Of a DNA stretch of 64,000 nucleotides, positions 53,699-62,282 are shown in pieces. The notes under the pieces are model-generated. The model made no database searches. It saw only the letters and a program-made list of their open reading frames with translations, and had not been told where the DNA came from. Positions within the stretch are counted from its first letter, which is position 1. Each line of letters opens with the position of its first letter. The position numbers were made by a program, and so were the translations under genes. Source of the stretch: Alphaproteobacteria bacterium (lineage in GTDB: Bacteria; Pseudomonadota; Alphaproteobacteria; SHVV01); the NCBI GenBank assembly GCA_965261735.1, contig OZ253470.1, positions 2,944,001 through 3,008,000 on the forward strand, read 5' to 3'.

Positions 53699-55045
53699 TC
53701 ACAGCATGTTTTTGATGTCGCTGGCGAAGGTCGGGTAGGCGTAGGTCGTGTCGGTGAGCATCGGCGCGGTGATACCGTGGCGGATGGCGAAGGCGAAGAG
53801 GTGGACGGTCTCGCCGGCGCCGTGACTCAAGAGGTGGGCGCCGAGGATCCGGCCCGACCCCTTCTCCACCAGCACCTTGGAAAAGGCCGCGGTCTCGGCA
53901 TAGGTGCGGGCCGAGCGCCATGAGGTGAAGTCGTTCGCCTTGACCTCGAAGTCGAGCCCCGCGGCACCCGCCGCCTCCTCGCCATAGCCCACGCTCGCCA
54001 GGGTCGGCACGGTGAACACGGCGGCCGGAATGTCGAGGTAGCTGGGCGCGACCAGCGCCCCGTTCACCAAATTATGGCCGACGATGCGGCCCTCGTAGCT
54101 GGCGACGGGCGAGAGCTGCGGGCCCGGACCCGCGTCGCCGGCCACGAACACGTCGGCGTTGGAGCGGCTGCGCAGGTAGTCATCGACGGCGATGACGAGG
54201 CCGTCATGGTCGATGTTGCCGGCGGCGAGATCGAGCCCGGCGACGTCGGGCACGCGCCCGGCGCCGTTGGCGACCAGCGCCGCCGCCACGCTCTTCTGCT
54301 TGCCCTCGTGCTCGAAGTGCACGACCAGCCCATCGGCACCGCGTTCGATACGGGTCGTGCGCGCGCCGGTGTAGAGATCGACGCCGAGGCGGCGCGTCTC
54401 GTCGGCGAGGCGCGCGACCACGTCGGCATCGAGCGCCGGAAGCGGGCGCTCGGCGAGCTCGATGATGGTGACCTTGGTGCCGGCGCGGGTGAAGACGTGG
54501 GTGAACTCGAGGCCGATGACCCCGGCGCCGATGAAAATCAGCGACTCGGGCAATGCGTCGAGATCGAGGATATCCTCGCTAGTGATGACGTGCGCGAAAC
54601 CCGGGATCGGCAGGCTGCGCGGCGCCGAGCCGGTAGCGATGACGATCTTGCCGCCACGGTAGGGTGTGCCGTCGATGGCCACGGTGTGGGGATCGAGGAA
54701 GCGCGCGCCGCCGTGGACGACCTCGATGCCGCGGCCCTTCAGCATGTCCTCGAACATCTCCGGCACGCCGTCGACGAAGGTCTGCTTGCGCTCGATCAGC
54801 TTGGGCCAATCGAGCCGGGCCGGGCCGACGCTGATGTGGTGCTCGGGCGCCAGCGCGATCGTCTGCAGCGCCTCGGCCGTGGCGACCAGCACCTTCTTCG
54901 GTACGCAGCCGCGCAACGGGCAGGTGCCACCTACCTCGCGCGATTCGACCAATGCGACCGAGCGTCCCGCGGCCTTGGCCGCACTGGCCGCGGCGACACC
55001 GGCGTTGCCGCCGCCTAGAACGACCACGTCAAAGTCGTGCGTCAT
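53699..55045 (-). CDS. Pyridine nucleotide-disulfide oxidoreductase (glutathione reductase-like)
   Basis: GGGNAG, GGTCPLRGCVPKK, GAGVIGLE, C-terminal AYPT. Confidence 0.9.
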   Translation of the reverse strand: MTHDFDVVVLGGGNAGVAAASAAKAAGRSVALVESREVGGTCPLRGCVPKKVLVATAEALQTIALAPEHHISVGPARLDWPKLIERKQTFVDGVPEMFEDMLKGRGIEVVHGGARFLDPHTVAIDGTPYRGGKIVIATGSAPRSLPIPGFAHVITSEDILDLDALPESLIFIGAGVIGLEFTHVFTRAGTKVTIIELAERPLPALDADVVARLADETRRLGVDLYTGARTTRIERGADGLVVHFEHEGKQKSVAAALVANGAGRVPDVAGLDLAAGNIDHDGLVIAVDDYLRSRSNADVFVAGDAGPGPQLSPVASYEGRIVGHNLVNGALVAPSYLDIPAAVFTVPTLASVGYGEEAAGAAGLDFEVKANDFTSWRSARTYAETAAFSKVLVEKGSGRILGAHLLSHGAGETVHLFAFAIRHGITAPMLTDTTYAYPTFASDIKNML

Positions 55046-55082
55046 GATGTCCTCCGTTGTTGGCTGCGGCTTAGCGGCCGCG

Positions 55083-55733
55083 TCACGCCGCCCGGCGCCG
55101 CAGGCCCGCGATGACGCGGGCGGTGCTGGCGCGGGCGTGGCGCAGTTCCGCCTCGAGCGTGGCGATGCGCCGGTTGAGCTCGTCGACCTGGGGTGCGAGG
55201 TCGGCGTCGGTGTAGCGCGGCGTGATGTATTGCGGGCAGTTGCGGTCCCACACCTCGACCTCGAAGAGGATCGCCTGCTCGGGCTCGGGCGCATCGGAGC
55301 CCTCGGCGAGGCGCGCCAACAATTCAGGATCGTCGTCGACCACCCTGGCCCGGCCCCAGATCTTGATGCGCCGGCGGTTGGGGTAGTCCATGAGGAAGAG
55401 GAACGCCCTGGCGTTTTCCGACAGGTTCCCGGCCGTGATGTACTGCCGGTTGCCGCGGTAGTCGGCGAACGCGAGGGTGCGCTCATCGAGCACCTTGAGA
55501 AACCCGGGCGCCCCACCGCGATGCTGCGCGTAGGGCTGGCCGTCGGCGCTCGCGATGGCGATATAGAACGAATCGCGTTCGGCGATGAACCTGGCGAGGT
55601 CCTCGGTGATGGTCCTCGTCCAGCCCCCTTTGCCGTCCATCTTGGCGTAGGCTTCGCGCGAGCCCTTGCGCGCCTGCACGGCTTTCACGGCGGGGCTGAA
55701 GGCGGTGTCGCTCGCGGGCTTGGTCGTGTCCAT
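55083..55733 (-). CDS. Pyridoxamine 5'-phosphate oxidase-like FMN-binding protein
   Basis: F...VK..Q...GSR, PY.QHRGG.PGF, ADYRGNRQY, NCPQYI. Confidence 0.88.
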   Translation of the reverse strand: MDTTKPASDTAFSPAVKAVQARKGSREAYAKMDGKGGWTRTITEDLARFIAERDSFYIAIASADGQPYAQHRGGAPGFLKVLDERTLAFADYRGNRQYITAGNLSENARAFLFLMDYPNRRRIKIWGRARVVDDDPELLARLAEGSDAPEPEQAILFEVEVWDRNCPQYITPRYTDADLAPQVDELNRRIATLEAELRHARASTARVIAGLRRRAA

Positions 55734-55750
55734 GTGGCGTCTCCTTTGCC

Positions 55751-56449
55751 TCACGCGGCGAGGTGCGTCGCGCCCCGGCCGAGCCGGATCTTCTTCGACT
55801 CCGAGGTCACCGTCGGCGCGGTCTTGATGGCCTGGCCTCTGGCATAGGCGCGGCCCGTCGCCGGGCGCGCCGCCACCGCCGCCATCCAGCGAGCGAGGCT
55901 CGGGAAGTCGGCGAAGGTCTCGCCCGCGCGCGCAAGCGTCAGGAGCCAGGGGTAGCTCGCCATGTCGGCGATCGAGTAGTCGCCGGCGATGAATTCGCGC
56001 TCGGCGAGGCGCCGATCGAGCACGCCGTAGAGGCGCGCGCTCTCGCGCTCGTAGCGCTCGATGGCGTAGGGGACCCGCTCTGAGGCGTAGGCCGAGAAGT
56101 GAAGGTTCTGGCCGAGCATCGGGCCGAGGCCGCCCATCTGCCAGAACAGCCACTGCAGCACCTCGGTCCGTGCGCGCGGGTCCGCAGGCAGAAACATCCC
56201 GGTCTTCTCAGCGAGGTAGACGAGGATGGCGCCGGACTCGAAGATCGAGATGGGTTTCCCGCCCGCGTCTGGCTCATGATCGACGATGGCCGGGATGCGG
56301 TTGTTGGGCGAAATCTCCAGGAACCGGTGTGCGAACTGCTCGCCGCGGCCGATGTCGACCGGGATGACGTTGGCGGCCACGCCCGCTTCCTCGACGAACA
56401 GCATCGGCTTGTAGCCGTTGGGGGTGGTCCAGGTGTAGAGGTCGATCAT
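55751..56449 (-). CDS. Glutathione S-transferase (YfcG-like)
   Basis: MIDLYTWTTPNG, SPNNRIPAIVD, FESGAIL, QMGGLGPM. Confidence 0.9.
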   Translation of the reverse strand: MIDLYTWTTPNGYKPMLFVEEAGVAANVIPVDIGRGEQFAHRFLEISPNNRIPAIVDHEPDAGGKPISIFESGAILVYLAEKTGMFLPADPRARTEVLQWLFWQMGGLGPMLGQNLHFSAYASERVPYAIERYERESARLYGVLDRRLAEREFIAGDYSIADMASYPWLLTLARAGETFADFPSLARWMAAVAARPATGRAYARGQAIKTAPTVTSESKKIRLGRGATHLAA

Positions 56450-56489
56450 CGCTACTTCTCCTTGCCGGTCCGGCTTCGGACCGGGCGCC

Positions 56490-57050
56490 TCAGGCGGCGA
56501 GTTGTTGATCGACGTCGACGACATCGACGAGCGGGAAGTCGACCTCGGTTTCCGCGACGTGGTTGAAGTAGTTGCTGAAGGTGTTCAACGCGACGCGGGC
56601 AGTGATCTCGGCAATGTCGCCATCGCCGTAGCCAGCCTCGCGAACGCGCTGCAGGTCCCGATCGCTGACCCAGCCGCGCTCGGCGACGAGGGCGAGGGCG
56701 AACTGCAGGGCCGCCTCCACCTTGGGATCGGCCGAGCGGCCACGCTGGTTTCGCGCCAATTCGTCGGCCTCGACGCCGAGATGGCGGCCGAGGGCGGTAT
56801 GGACGGAGGTGCAGTAGCCGCAGCCGTTGGCGTTGGAAATCGCGAGGCTGAGCTGCTCGCCGAGCCGCCCGCCGAGACGGCCACCGCCGAGCGCCTTCAT
56901 GAGGCCGAGATAGGCTTCGAGTGCCGTGGGCGAAACCGCCAGGGTGCTCATCAGGTTGGGCGTCATGCCGAGCGATTTCTGCACGCCCGCGAGGAGGGTC
57001 GCGGCCTTGCCTTCGGCGCGCGCCGGATCGATGGGGTCGATGCGGGGCAT
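56490..57050 (-). CDS. AhpD/carboxymuconolactone decarboxylase-family peroxidase
   Basis: LG..PNL, NGCGYC..H, N...NY.NH. Confidence 0.88.
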   Translation of the reverse strand: MPRIDPIDPARAEGKAATLLAGVQKSLGMTPNLMSTLAVSPTALEAYLGLMKALGGGRLGGRLGEQLSLAISNANGCGYCTSVHTALGRHLGVEADELARNQRGRSADPKVEAALQFALALVAERGWVSDRDLQRVREAGYGDGDIAEITARVALNTFSNYFNHVAETEVDFPLVDVVDVDQQLAA

Positions 57051-57095
57051 TGTTGAGTTCTCCTTGGTTTCGAGTTGCGGGGACTGTTGGGGCGG

Positions 57096-57318
57096 TCAGG
57101 CGGGGTCGCCTGCCTGGGCGGCTAGTGCGGTCCACGCCTCGCCGCTGCCGATGACGCAGGCGTTCGCCGTATTGGCGGTGGAGCTGGACCGCCGCATCGT
57201 CGCGCACCAAACACATCTGTTGGGCCGACGCCGGCGGCGTCGCGACCGCCATAAGGGCAACGAACGACAGAGCCGAAGCGAGCGCGAAAGCGGCCAGACC
57301 TGTTGCGAACTTCGACAT
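57096..57318 (-). pseudogene. Degenerate small exported protein
   Basis: Signal peptide + AQQMC..RD....L...YGE, then loses plausible sequence. Confidence 0.45.
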
Positions 57319-57337
57319 GATCTCCTCCGGTTTCTCA

Positions 57338-57355
57338 AACAAACGATTGTTTGTT
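57338..57355. promoter_or_regulatory. Candidate TetR operator 1
   Basis: Palindrome AACAAAC-GATT-GTTTGTT upstream of the redox operon. Confidence 0.55.
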
Positions 57356-57371
57356 ACTGTCGACAAATAAT

Positions 57372-57926
57372 CTAGGCGAGCAGGGCGCGCAGTTGCGCGA
57401 TCGCCCTCGTGAAAGGCGCGGGATCGCCGTCGACGCGCATCAGCATGATCGCGCCTTGGGTCTGCGAGACCGAATCGCGGGCCATATCCCGGGCGCGCTC
57501 GGCGCCGTGCTCGGCCTCGAGAACGTGCGCCAACGCCGCGCTCCAATCGTCGAAGTAGCGTCGGATAGGGCTTGCGAATGCGGGCACGCTATTGGTCACC
57601 TCGAGGGCGAGATTGCCGAACAGGCAGCCGCCCTCACGGTGAATGAAGTAGTCGTGGAGGGCTTGGGCGAAGGCCTCGAGCCGCTCCTTGGCCGGGCGAT
57701 CGGTATAGGCGAGGCTGAAGATGCGCTGCTGGTTTTCGTCGATGACCTGCGCCAACGCGGCCTCTGCCAGGGCCTCCTTGCTCGGGAAGTAGTGGTAGAT
57801 GCTTCCCTTGAGCAGGCCGCAGCCGGCGCCGATGTCGGCCATCGAGGTCTTGTAGTAGCCGTTCACCCTGAACTTGTAGAGGGCGCTGGCCACCACCTCG
57901 TCGCGATCTGTCTTGTGAATGCCCAT
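57372..57926 (-). CDS. TetR/AcrR family regulator (NemR-like)
   Basis: GY..TSM.DI, KGSIYHYF.SKE, GGCLFGN. Confidence 0.9.
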   Translation of the reverse strand: MGIHKTDRDEVVASALYKFRVNGYYKTSMADIGAGCGLLKGSIYHYFPSKEALAEAALAQVIDENQQRIFSLAYTDRPAKERLEAFAQALHDYFIHREGGCLFGNLALEVTNSVPAFASPIRRYFDDWSAALAHVLEAEHGAERARDMARDSVSQTQGAIMLMRVDGDPAPFTRAIAQLRALLA

Positions 57927-57936
57927 CTTTCACCAC

Positions 57937-57956
57937 CCAAACGACCGGTTGTTTGG
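57937..57956. promoter_or_regulatory. Candidate TetR operator 2 (autoregulatory)
   Basis: Palindrome CCAAACGACCGGTTGTTTGG directly upstream of tetR. Confidence 0.6.
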
Positions 57957-58042
57957 CAGGTGGTGACGTTTGGCGGCTGTGTCAACCCCCGGCAGGCCTC
58001 CGGTAGGAGAAAATCCTAGTACTTGCTTGCGTAAGTCCGTGA

Positions 58043-58145
58043 CCCACCCCCGCCCCACCCTCCCCCATCAAGGGGGAGGGCTACGAGACTGACGTCGCGC
58101 CATGACTCCCCCTCCCCTCGTGGGAGGGGGTAGGGGGAGGGGGAC
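58043..58145. repeat. Pair of alphaproteobacterial CCCTCCC...GGGAGGG palindromic repeats in opposite orientation
   Basis: CCCTCCCCCATCAAGGGGGAGGG and CCCCCTCCCCTCGTGGGAGGGGG hairpins. Confidence 0.65.
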
Positions 58146-58319
58146 GAATGATGAGTCACTGTCTCGTGCAACCATGTACGAGGCGACGAGGCGGCGCTTC
58201 CCGAGCCGCCCTCGGCAGGCCGCCGCGACCTCGACCGTTGACAGCGAGCGGGCAATGCCGCCACAACCGGTGGGCTACCCCAGCCAACGGCCGAAAGTCC
58301 AAACGCATCACCCCACCCG

Positions 58320-59093
58320 ATGTTCAGCGCCTTCTTCTCCTTTGCCCGACTGCTCGGCGGTGCACTCCGCGACCTCTCACCCATCATCTTGGTGATCGCG
58401 TTTTTCCAGCTCGCGGTCCTGCGCCAGCCCCTGCCCGACCTCGGCGCCATGCTCAGCGGGCTGGCTCTCGTCGTGGTCGGCCTCGCGCTCTTCATCAAGG
58501 GTCTCGAGATGGGCCTGTTTCCCGTCGGCGAGGACATGGCCCAGGCGTTCGCGCGAAAGGGGAGCCTGTTCTGGCTGCTGGCCTTCGCCTTTTGCCTCGG
58601 CTTCAGCACCACGGTGGCCGAGCCTGCCCTCATCGCCGTCGCCGGGGAGGCGGCGCGAATCGCGGCCGAGGGTGGCGTCGTCGCCACGGCGGAGGGCCGC
58701 GCGAGCTACGCGCTGGCCCTGCGCCTGACAGTCGCGCTCGCCGTCGGCGCGGCGCTCATGATCGGGGTTTTTCGTATCATCATGGGTTGGCCGATTCACT
58801 TCCTGATCATCGGCGGCTACTTTATCGCCATCGTCATCACGCCGTTCGCGCCGGCGTCCATCATCGGCCTCGCCTACGATGCCGGCGGCGTCACCACCTC
58901 GACCGTCACCGTGCCCCTGGTCGCCGCCCTCGGCGTCGGGCTCGCGAGCATGATCAAGGGCCGAGACCCGATGGTCGACGGCTTCGGGCTGATCGCGCTC
59001 GCCTCGCTCACGCCCATGATCTTCGTCATGATCTTTGGCATGCTCTGGCACTCGATCTCGGGGGTCTCGGCCGGCCCCCTCACGGGAGGGTAA
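58320..59093 (+). CDS. DUF1538 family membrane protein
   Basis: GL.LF..GLE..LFP.G, TT.AEPAL, AYD.GGVTT..VTVP, DGFGL. Confidence 0.88.
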   Translation: MFSAFFSFARLLGGALRDLSPIILVIAFFQLAVLRQPLPDLGAMLSGLALVVVGLALFIKGLEMGLFPVGEDMAQAFARKGSLFWLLAFAFCLGFSTTVAEPALIAVAGEAARIAAEGGVVATAEGRASYALALRLTVALAVGAALMIGVFRIIMGWPIHFLIIGGYFIAIVITPFAPASIIGLAYDAGGVTTSTVTVPLVAALGVGLASMIKGRDPMVDGFGLIALASLTPMIFVMIFGMLWHSISGVSAGPLTGG

Positions 59094-59096
59094 GCG

Positions 59097-59888
59097 GTGG
59101 AGCTGCTCGAAGGGTTCGCGCGGACGGCGCAGTCGACGCTCTTCGACCTGCTGCCGATCGCCGTCGTGCTCATCGGCTTCCGCGTATTCGTGATTCGCCG
59201 GCCGTTGGTGCGGCAGCGCCAGACCCTGCTGGGCTTCGGGTTCGCGCTCCTGGGATTGTCGTTGTTCCTGCTCGGGCTCGAGACGGCGCTGTTCCCGCTC
59301 GGCCGCATCATGGCCGAGCAGCTGACATCGCATGCTATCGCCGCCGCCTCGGCCGCCGGCGACGCGGGCGCATCCAACGACTGGCGGAACTACCTCTGGC
59401 TTTACACCTTCGCGGCGGCGATCGGGTTCGCCACGACCATCGCCGAGCCCGCCCTGATCGCCGTCGCCCTCAAGGCCCACGAGGTGTCGGGCGGCGTCGT
59501 TTCGCCGCTCGCGCTGCGCCTTGCAGTCGCCGTCGGCGTGGCCTTCGGCGTCGCCCTCGGCACCTACCGGATCGTCACTGGCGCGCCGCTATATTGGTTT
59601 ATCATCGCGGGCTACCTCGTCGTGATCATCCTGACCATACGGGCGCAGCGCTGGATCGTACCGCTGGCTTACGATTCGGGCGGCGTGACCACCTCGACCG
59701 TGACCGTGCCCCTGGTCGCGGCGCTCGGTCTCGGCCTCGCCACCTACATCCCCGGCCGCAGCCCGCTGATCGACGGCTTTGGCCTCATCGCCTTCGCCAG
59801 CCTGTTCCCCATGATCGCGGTCATGGGGTATGCCCAACTCACCGCGTGGCGGCAGCACGTCGACGCGCCGCAATGGAGGAAGAAATGA
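59097..59888 (+). CDS. DUF1538 family membrane protein (paralogue)
   Basis: Same motifs as the preceding gene. Confidence 0.88.
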   Translation: MELLEGFARTAQSTLFDLLPIAVVLIGFRVFVIRRPLVRQRQTLLGFGFALLGLSLFLLGLETALFPLGRIMAEQLTSHAIAAASAAGDAGASNDWRNYLWLYTFAAAIGFATTIAEPALIAVALKAHEVSGGVVSPLALRLAVAVGVAFGVALGTYRIVTGAPLYWFIIAGYLVVIILTIRAQRWIVPLAYDSGGVTTSTVTVPLVAALGLGLATYIPGRSPLIDGFGLIAFASLFPMIAVMGYAQLTAWRQHVDAPQWRKK

Positions 59889-60235
59889 AACTGAAGCTGA
59901 TCATGGCGTTGGCCCGCGACGAGGACACCGGCGCCATTCTCGAGGCGGCCCGTGCCGCGGGCGCAACCGGTGCGACGGTCATCACCAGCGCGCGCGGCGA
60001 GGGACTGAAGCCCGAGAAAACGTTCCTCGGCCTTGACCTGAGCGGGCGCCGCGATCTCCTGATGTTCCTGGTCGCCGAGCAGATTAGCCGCGATGTGCTC
60101 GAGACCATCGCCAGAACAGGCGGGTTCGAGGACAAGCCCGGTGCCGGCATCGTCTTTCAGGTGGCGATCGAAGACGCCGTTGGCCTATCTTCGCAGTTCG
60201 ACAAAATCTCCAGCGAGATCGAAGACCAGGTATGA
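59885..60235 (+). CDS. P-II-like signal transduction protein
   Basis: MK.KLI, AGATGAT...ARGEG, G.GIVFQV.IEDAVGL. Confidence 0.85.
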   Translation: MKLKLIMALARDEDTGAILEAARAAGATGATVITSARGEGLKPEKTFLGLDLSGRRDLLMFLVAEQISRDVLETIARTGGFEDKPGAGIVFQVAIEDAVGLSSQFDKISSEIEDQV

Positions 60236-60645
60236 GCGAGATTCCCCACATCAAGGTCAGCGAGGTCATGATCCGCGAGGTGCGCACGATCGCGGCGTTG
60301 GCGACGGTACGCGAGGCCCTTAGGCTGCTCGACGAGACCGGCGTCAGCTCGCTGGTGATCGAGCGGCGCAACGAGGAGGACGAACTCGGCCTCATCGCCA
60401 TATCCGACATCGCCAGCAAGGTCATTGCCGAGAACCGCTCGCCCGATCGCGTCAACGTTTACGAGATCATGCGCAAGCCGGTGCTGACGATCGATCGGGA
60501 CATGGACATCAGATACGCGATCCGGCTCCTCAACGCCTACGGCGGCTCGCGTGGTCTGGTCGTCGATCACGACCGCAGCCTGGTCGGCATCGTCACGCTG
60601 CGCGACATGGTGGTCCGATATGCCCATGTCGGCGAAACAACGTAG
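60232..60645 (+). CDS. Stand-alone CBS-pair protein
   Basis: V.EVM, TVREAL, V.EIMRKPV.T, LVGIVTL.D. Confidence 0.85.
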   Translation: MSEIPHIKVSEVMIREVRTIAALATVREALRLLDETGVSSLVIERRNEEDELGLIAISDIASKVIAENRSPDRVNVYEIMRKPVLTIDRDMDIRYAIRLLNAYGGSRGLVVDHDRSLVGIVTLRDMVVRYAHVGETT

Positions 60646-60711
60646 CCTGGCAAGCGGCCGATCGGGCTGGGGCCTCGCCCGGCGCCGGCCCTAGCGGCTG
60701 CGAGATTGACG

Positions 60712-61482
60712 ATGAACAGCGAGACGCCGCGCGGCGTCGCGCTGGTGACCGGGGCCGGCCAGCGCATCGGCCGCGCCATCGCCCTAGATCTCGCGTACCG
60801 GGGCTGGGCGATAGCGGTCCACTATCACCGCTCGGCGGAGGCGGCCACCGACCTCGCACGATGCATCGGCGAGCAAGGGGGCCGGGCTGTGGCCCTGGCC
60901 GCGGATCTGACGGAAACGGCGACCGCCGCCGCCCTCGTGGAGCGCGCGGCGGCGGCGCTCGGGGCGGTGACCTGCCTCGTCAACAATGCCTCGGCGTTCG
61001 AGCTCGATGGCGTCGGCACGGCGACCCCCGAGACATGGGCCGCGCACATGGAGATCAACGCTCACGCGCCGTTCGTCCTGGCGCAATCACTGGCGCGCGA
61101 GCTGCCCGCTGGCGCCACCGGCAATATCGTCAATCTTCTCGACCAGCGGGTGTGGAACCTGACGCCCCATTTCACCACCTATACGGCGAGCAAGGCCGCG
61201 CTGTGGACGCTGACGCGCACCCTCGCCCTGGCGCTGGCACCCGCGATTCGCGTGAACGGTATCGGTCCGGGCCCGACCCTGCCGAGCGAGCGACAGAGCG
61301 AGGACGACTTCGCCCGCCAGTGCGCGGCGACGCCGCTCGGGCGCGGCACCACCCCGGACGAAATCTGTGCGGCGCTGCGCTTCATCCTGTCGACGCCGTC
61401 GATGACGGGGCAGATGATCGCGCTCGACGGCGGTCAGCATCTAGGCTGGGCCATGCCCGGCGCGCGGACGGCGCGCGAATAG
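60712..61482 (+). CDS. SDR family oxidoreductase (pteridine reductase/FolM-like)
   Basis: TGAGQRIG, VNNAS, DQRV, YTASK; adjacent to folB. Confidence 0.85.
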   Translation: MNSETPRGVALVTGAGQRIGRAIALDLAYRGWAIAVHYHRSAEAATDLARCIGEQGGRAVALAADLTETATAAALVERAAAALGAVTCLVNNASAFELDGVGTATPETWAAHMEINAHAPFVLAQSLARELPAGATGNIVNLLDQRVWNLTPHFTTYTASKAALWTLTRTLALALAPAIRVNGIGPGPTLPSERQSEDDFARQCAATPLGRGTTPDEICAALRFILSTPSMTGQMIALDGGQHLGWAMPGARTARE

Positions 61483-61494
61483 GGGTCGCGGGCG

Positions 61495-61884
61495 ATGGCC
61501 CCTGAACAGCGCGCCGACGCGCACCGTGGCTGGCGCCACCTGTTCGTGCGCGATCTCGAGCTCGGCGCCAAGATCGGGGTGCACACTCACGAGCGCCGCG
61601 ACACCCAACCGGTGCGGATCAATGTCGACCTGTCGGTCGCCGAGAGCGGCCCCATCGGCGACGACCTCGCCAACGCGGTGTGCTACGAGGAGATCGTCGA
61701 GGCGATCAAGGCGATCATCGCCGCCGGACACATCAACCTGGTCGAGACGCTGGCCGAGCGCATTGCCGAGGCGTGCTTGGTCGAGGCTCGCGTGATGGCC
61801 GCGCGTGTTCGCGTCGAGAAACTTGACGTCATCGCGGAGGCGGCCAGCGTCGGTGTCGAGATCGAGCGTATAAAACAACCGTAG
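61495..61884 (+). CDS. folB: Dihydroneopterin aldolase
   Basis: IGVH.HE, Q.V.IN, HINLVETLAE, VEKLD, VGVEI. Confidence 0.9.
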   Translation: MAPEQRADAHRGWRHLFVRDLELGAKIGVHTHERRDTQPVRINVDLSVAESGPIGDDLANAVCYEEIVEAIKAIIAAGHINLVETLAERIAEACLVEARVMAARVRVEKLDVIAEAASVGVEIERIKQP

Positions 61885-62282
61885 AAGCGCGCGCGACCGG
61901 CCCGTAAGGCAAGGATCGCGGCCTTTGCGGCCTGCTTTTGTGCACAGGCCGCAACCGGGGGTGTCCGAAGCGGTCGGCAGCCGTCAAATAACAGATTCCG
62001 GTCGTGAAACGCGCTTACTCACTATCTTCTTGACATTTCATTTATTGCACGATTACAAGTACTTAAAGTTTTCTGCCTATTTGTTAGGCAGACCGCCCGA
62101 ATATTAAGGATTTGTTACCCTCGAGGGCCTACCGCGCCGCCTTGTCCACAGAGATATCCCCAGCTTCCGGGGATATTGTCACGCGCCTGTGACGTCTCCA
62201 AACGAACGGCCGCGACACGCCGGCGCCTAACGCGCGCTACCGGCCCGCGACGCCGAAGGCCGGCGGTGGCATAATGCGAACG

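Noticed and set aside
58148-60235. 695-aa ORF
   Set aside because: Shadow frame over the DUF1538 genes; only the last 116 aa (PII-like) are credible
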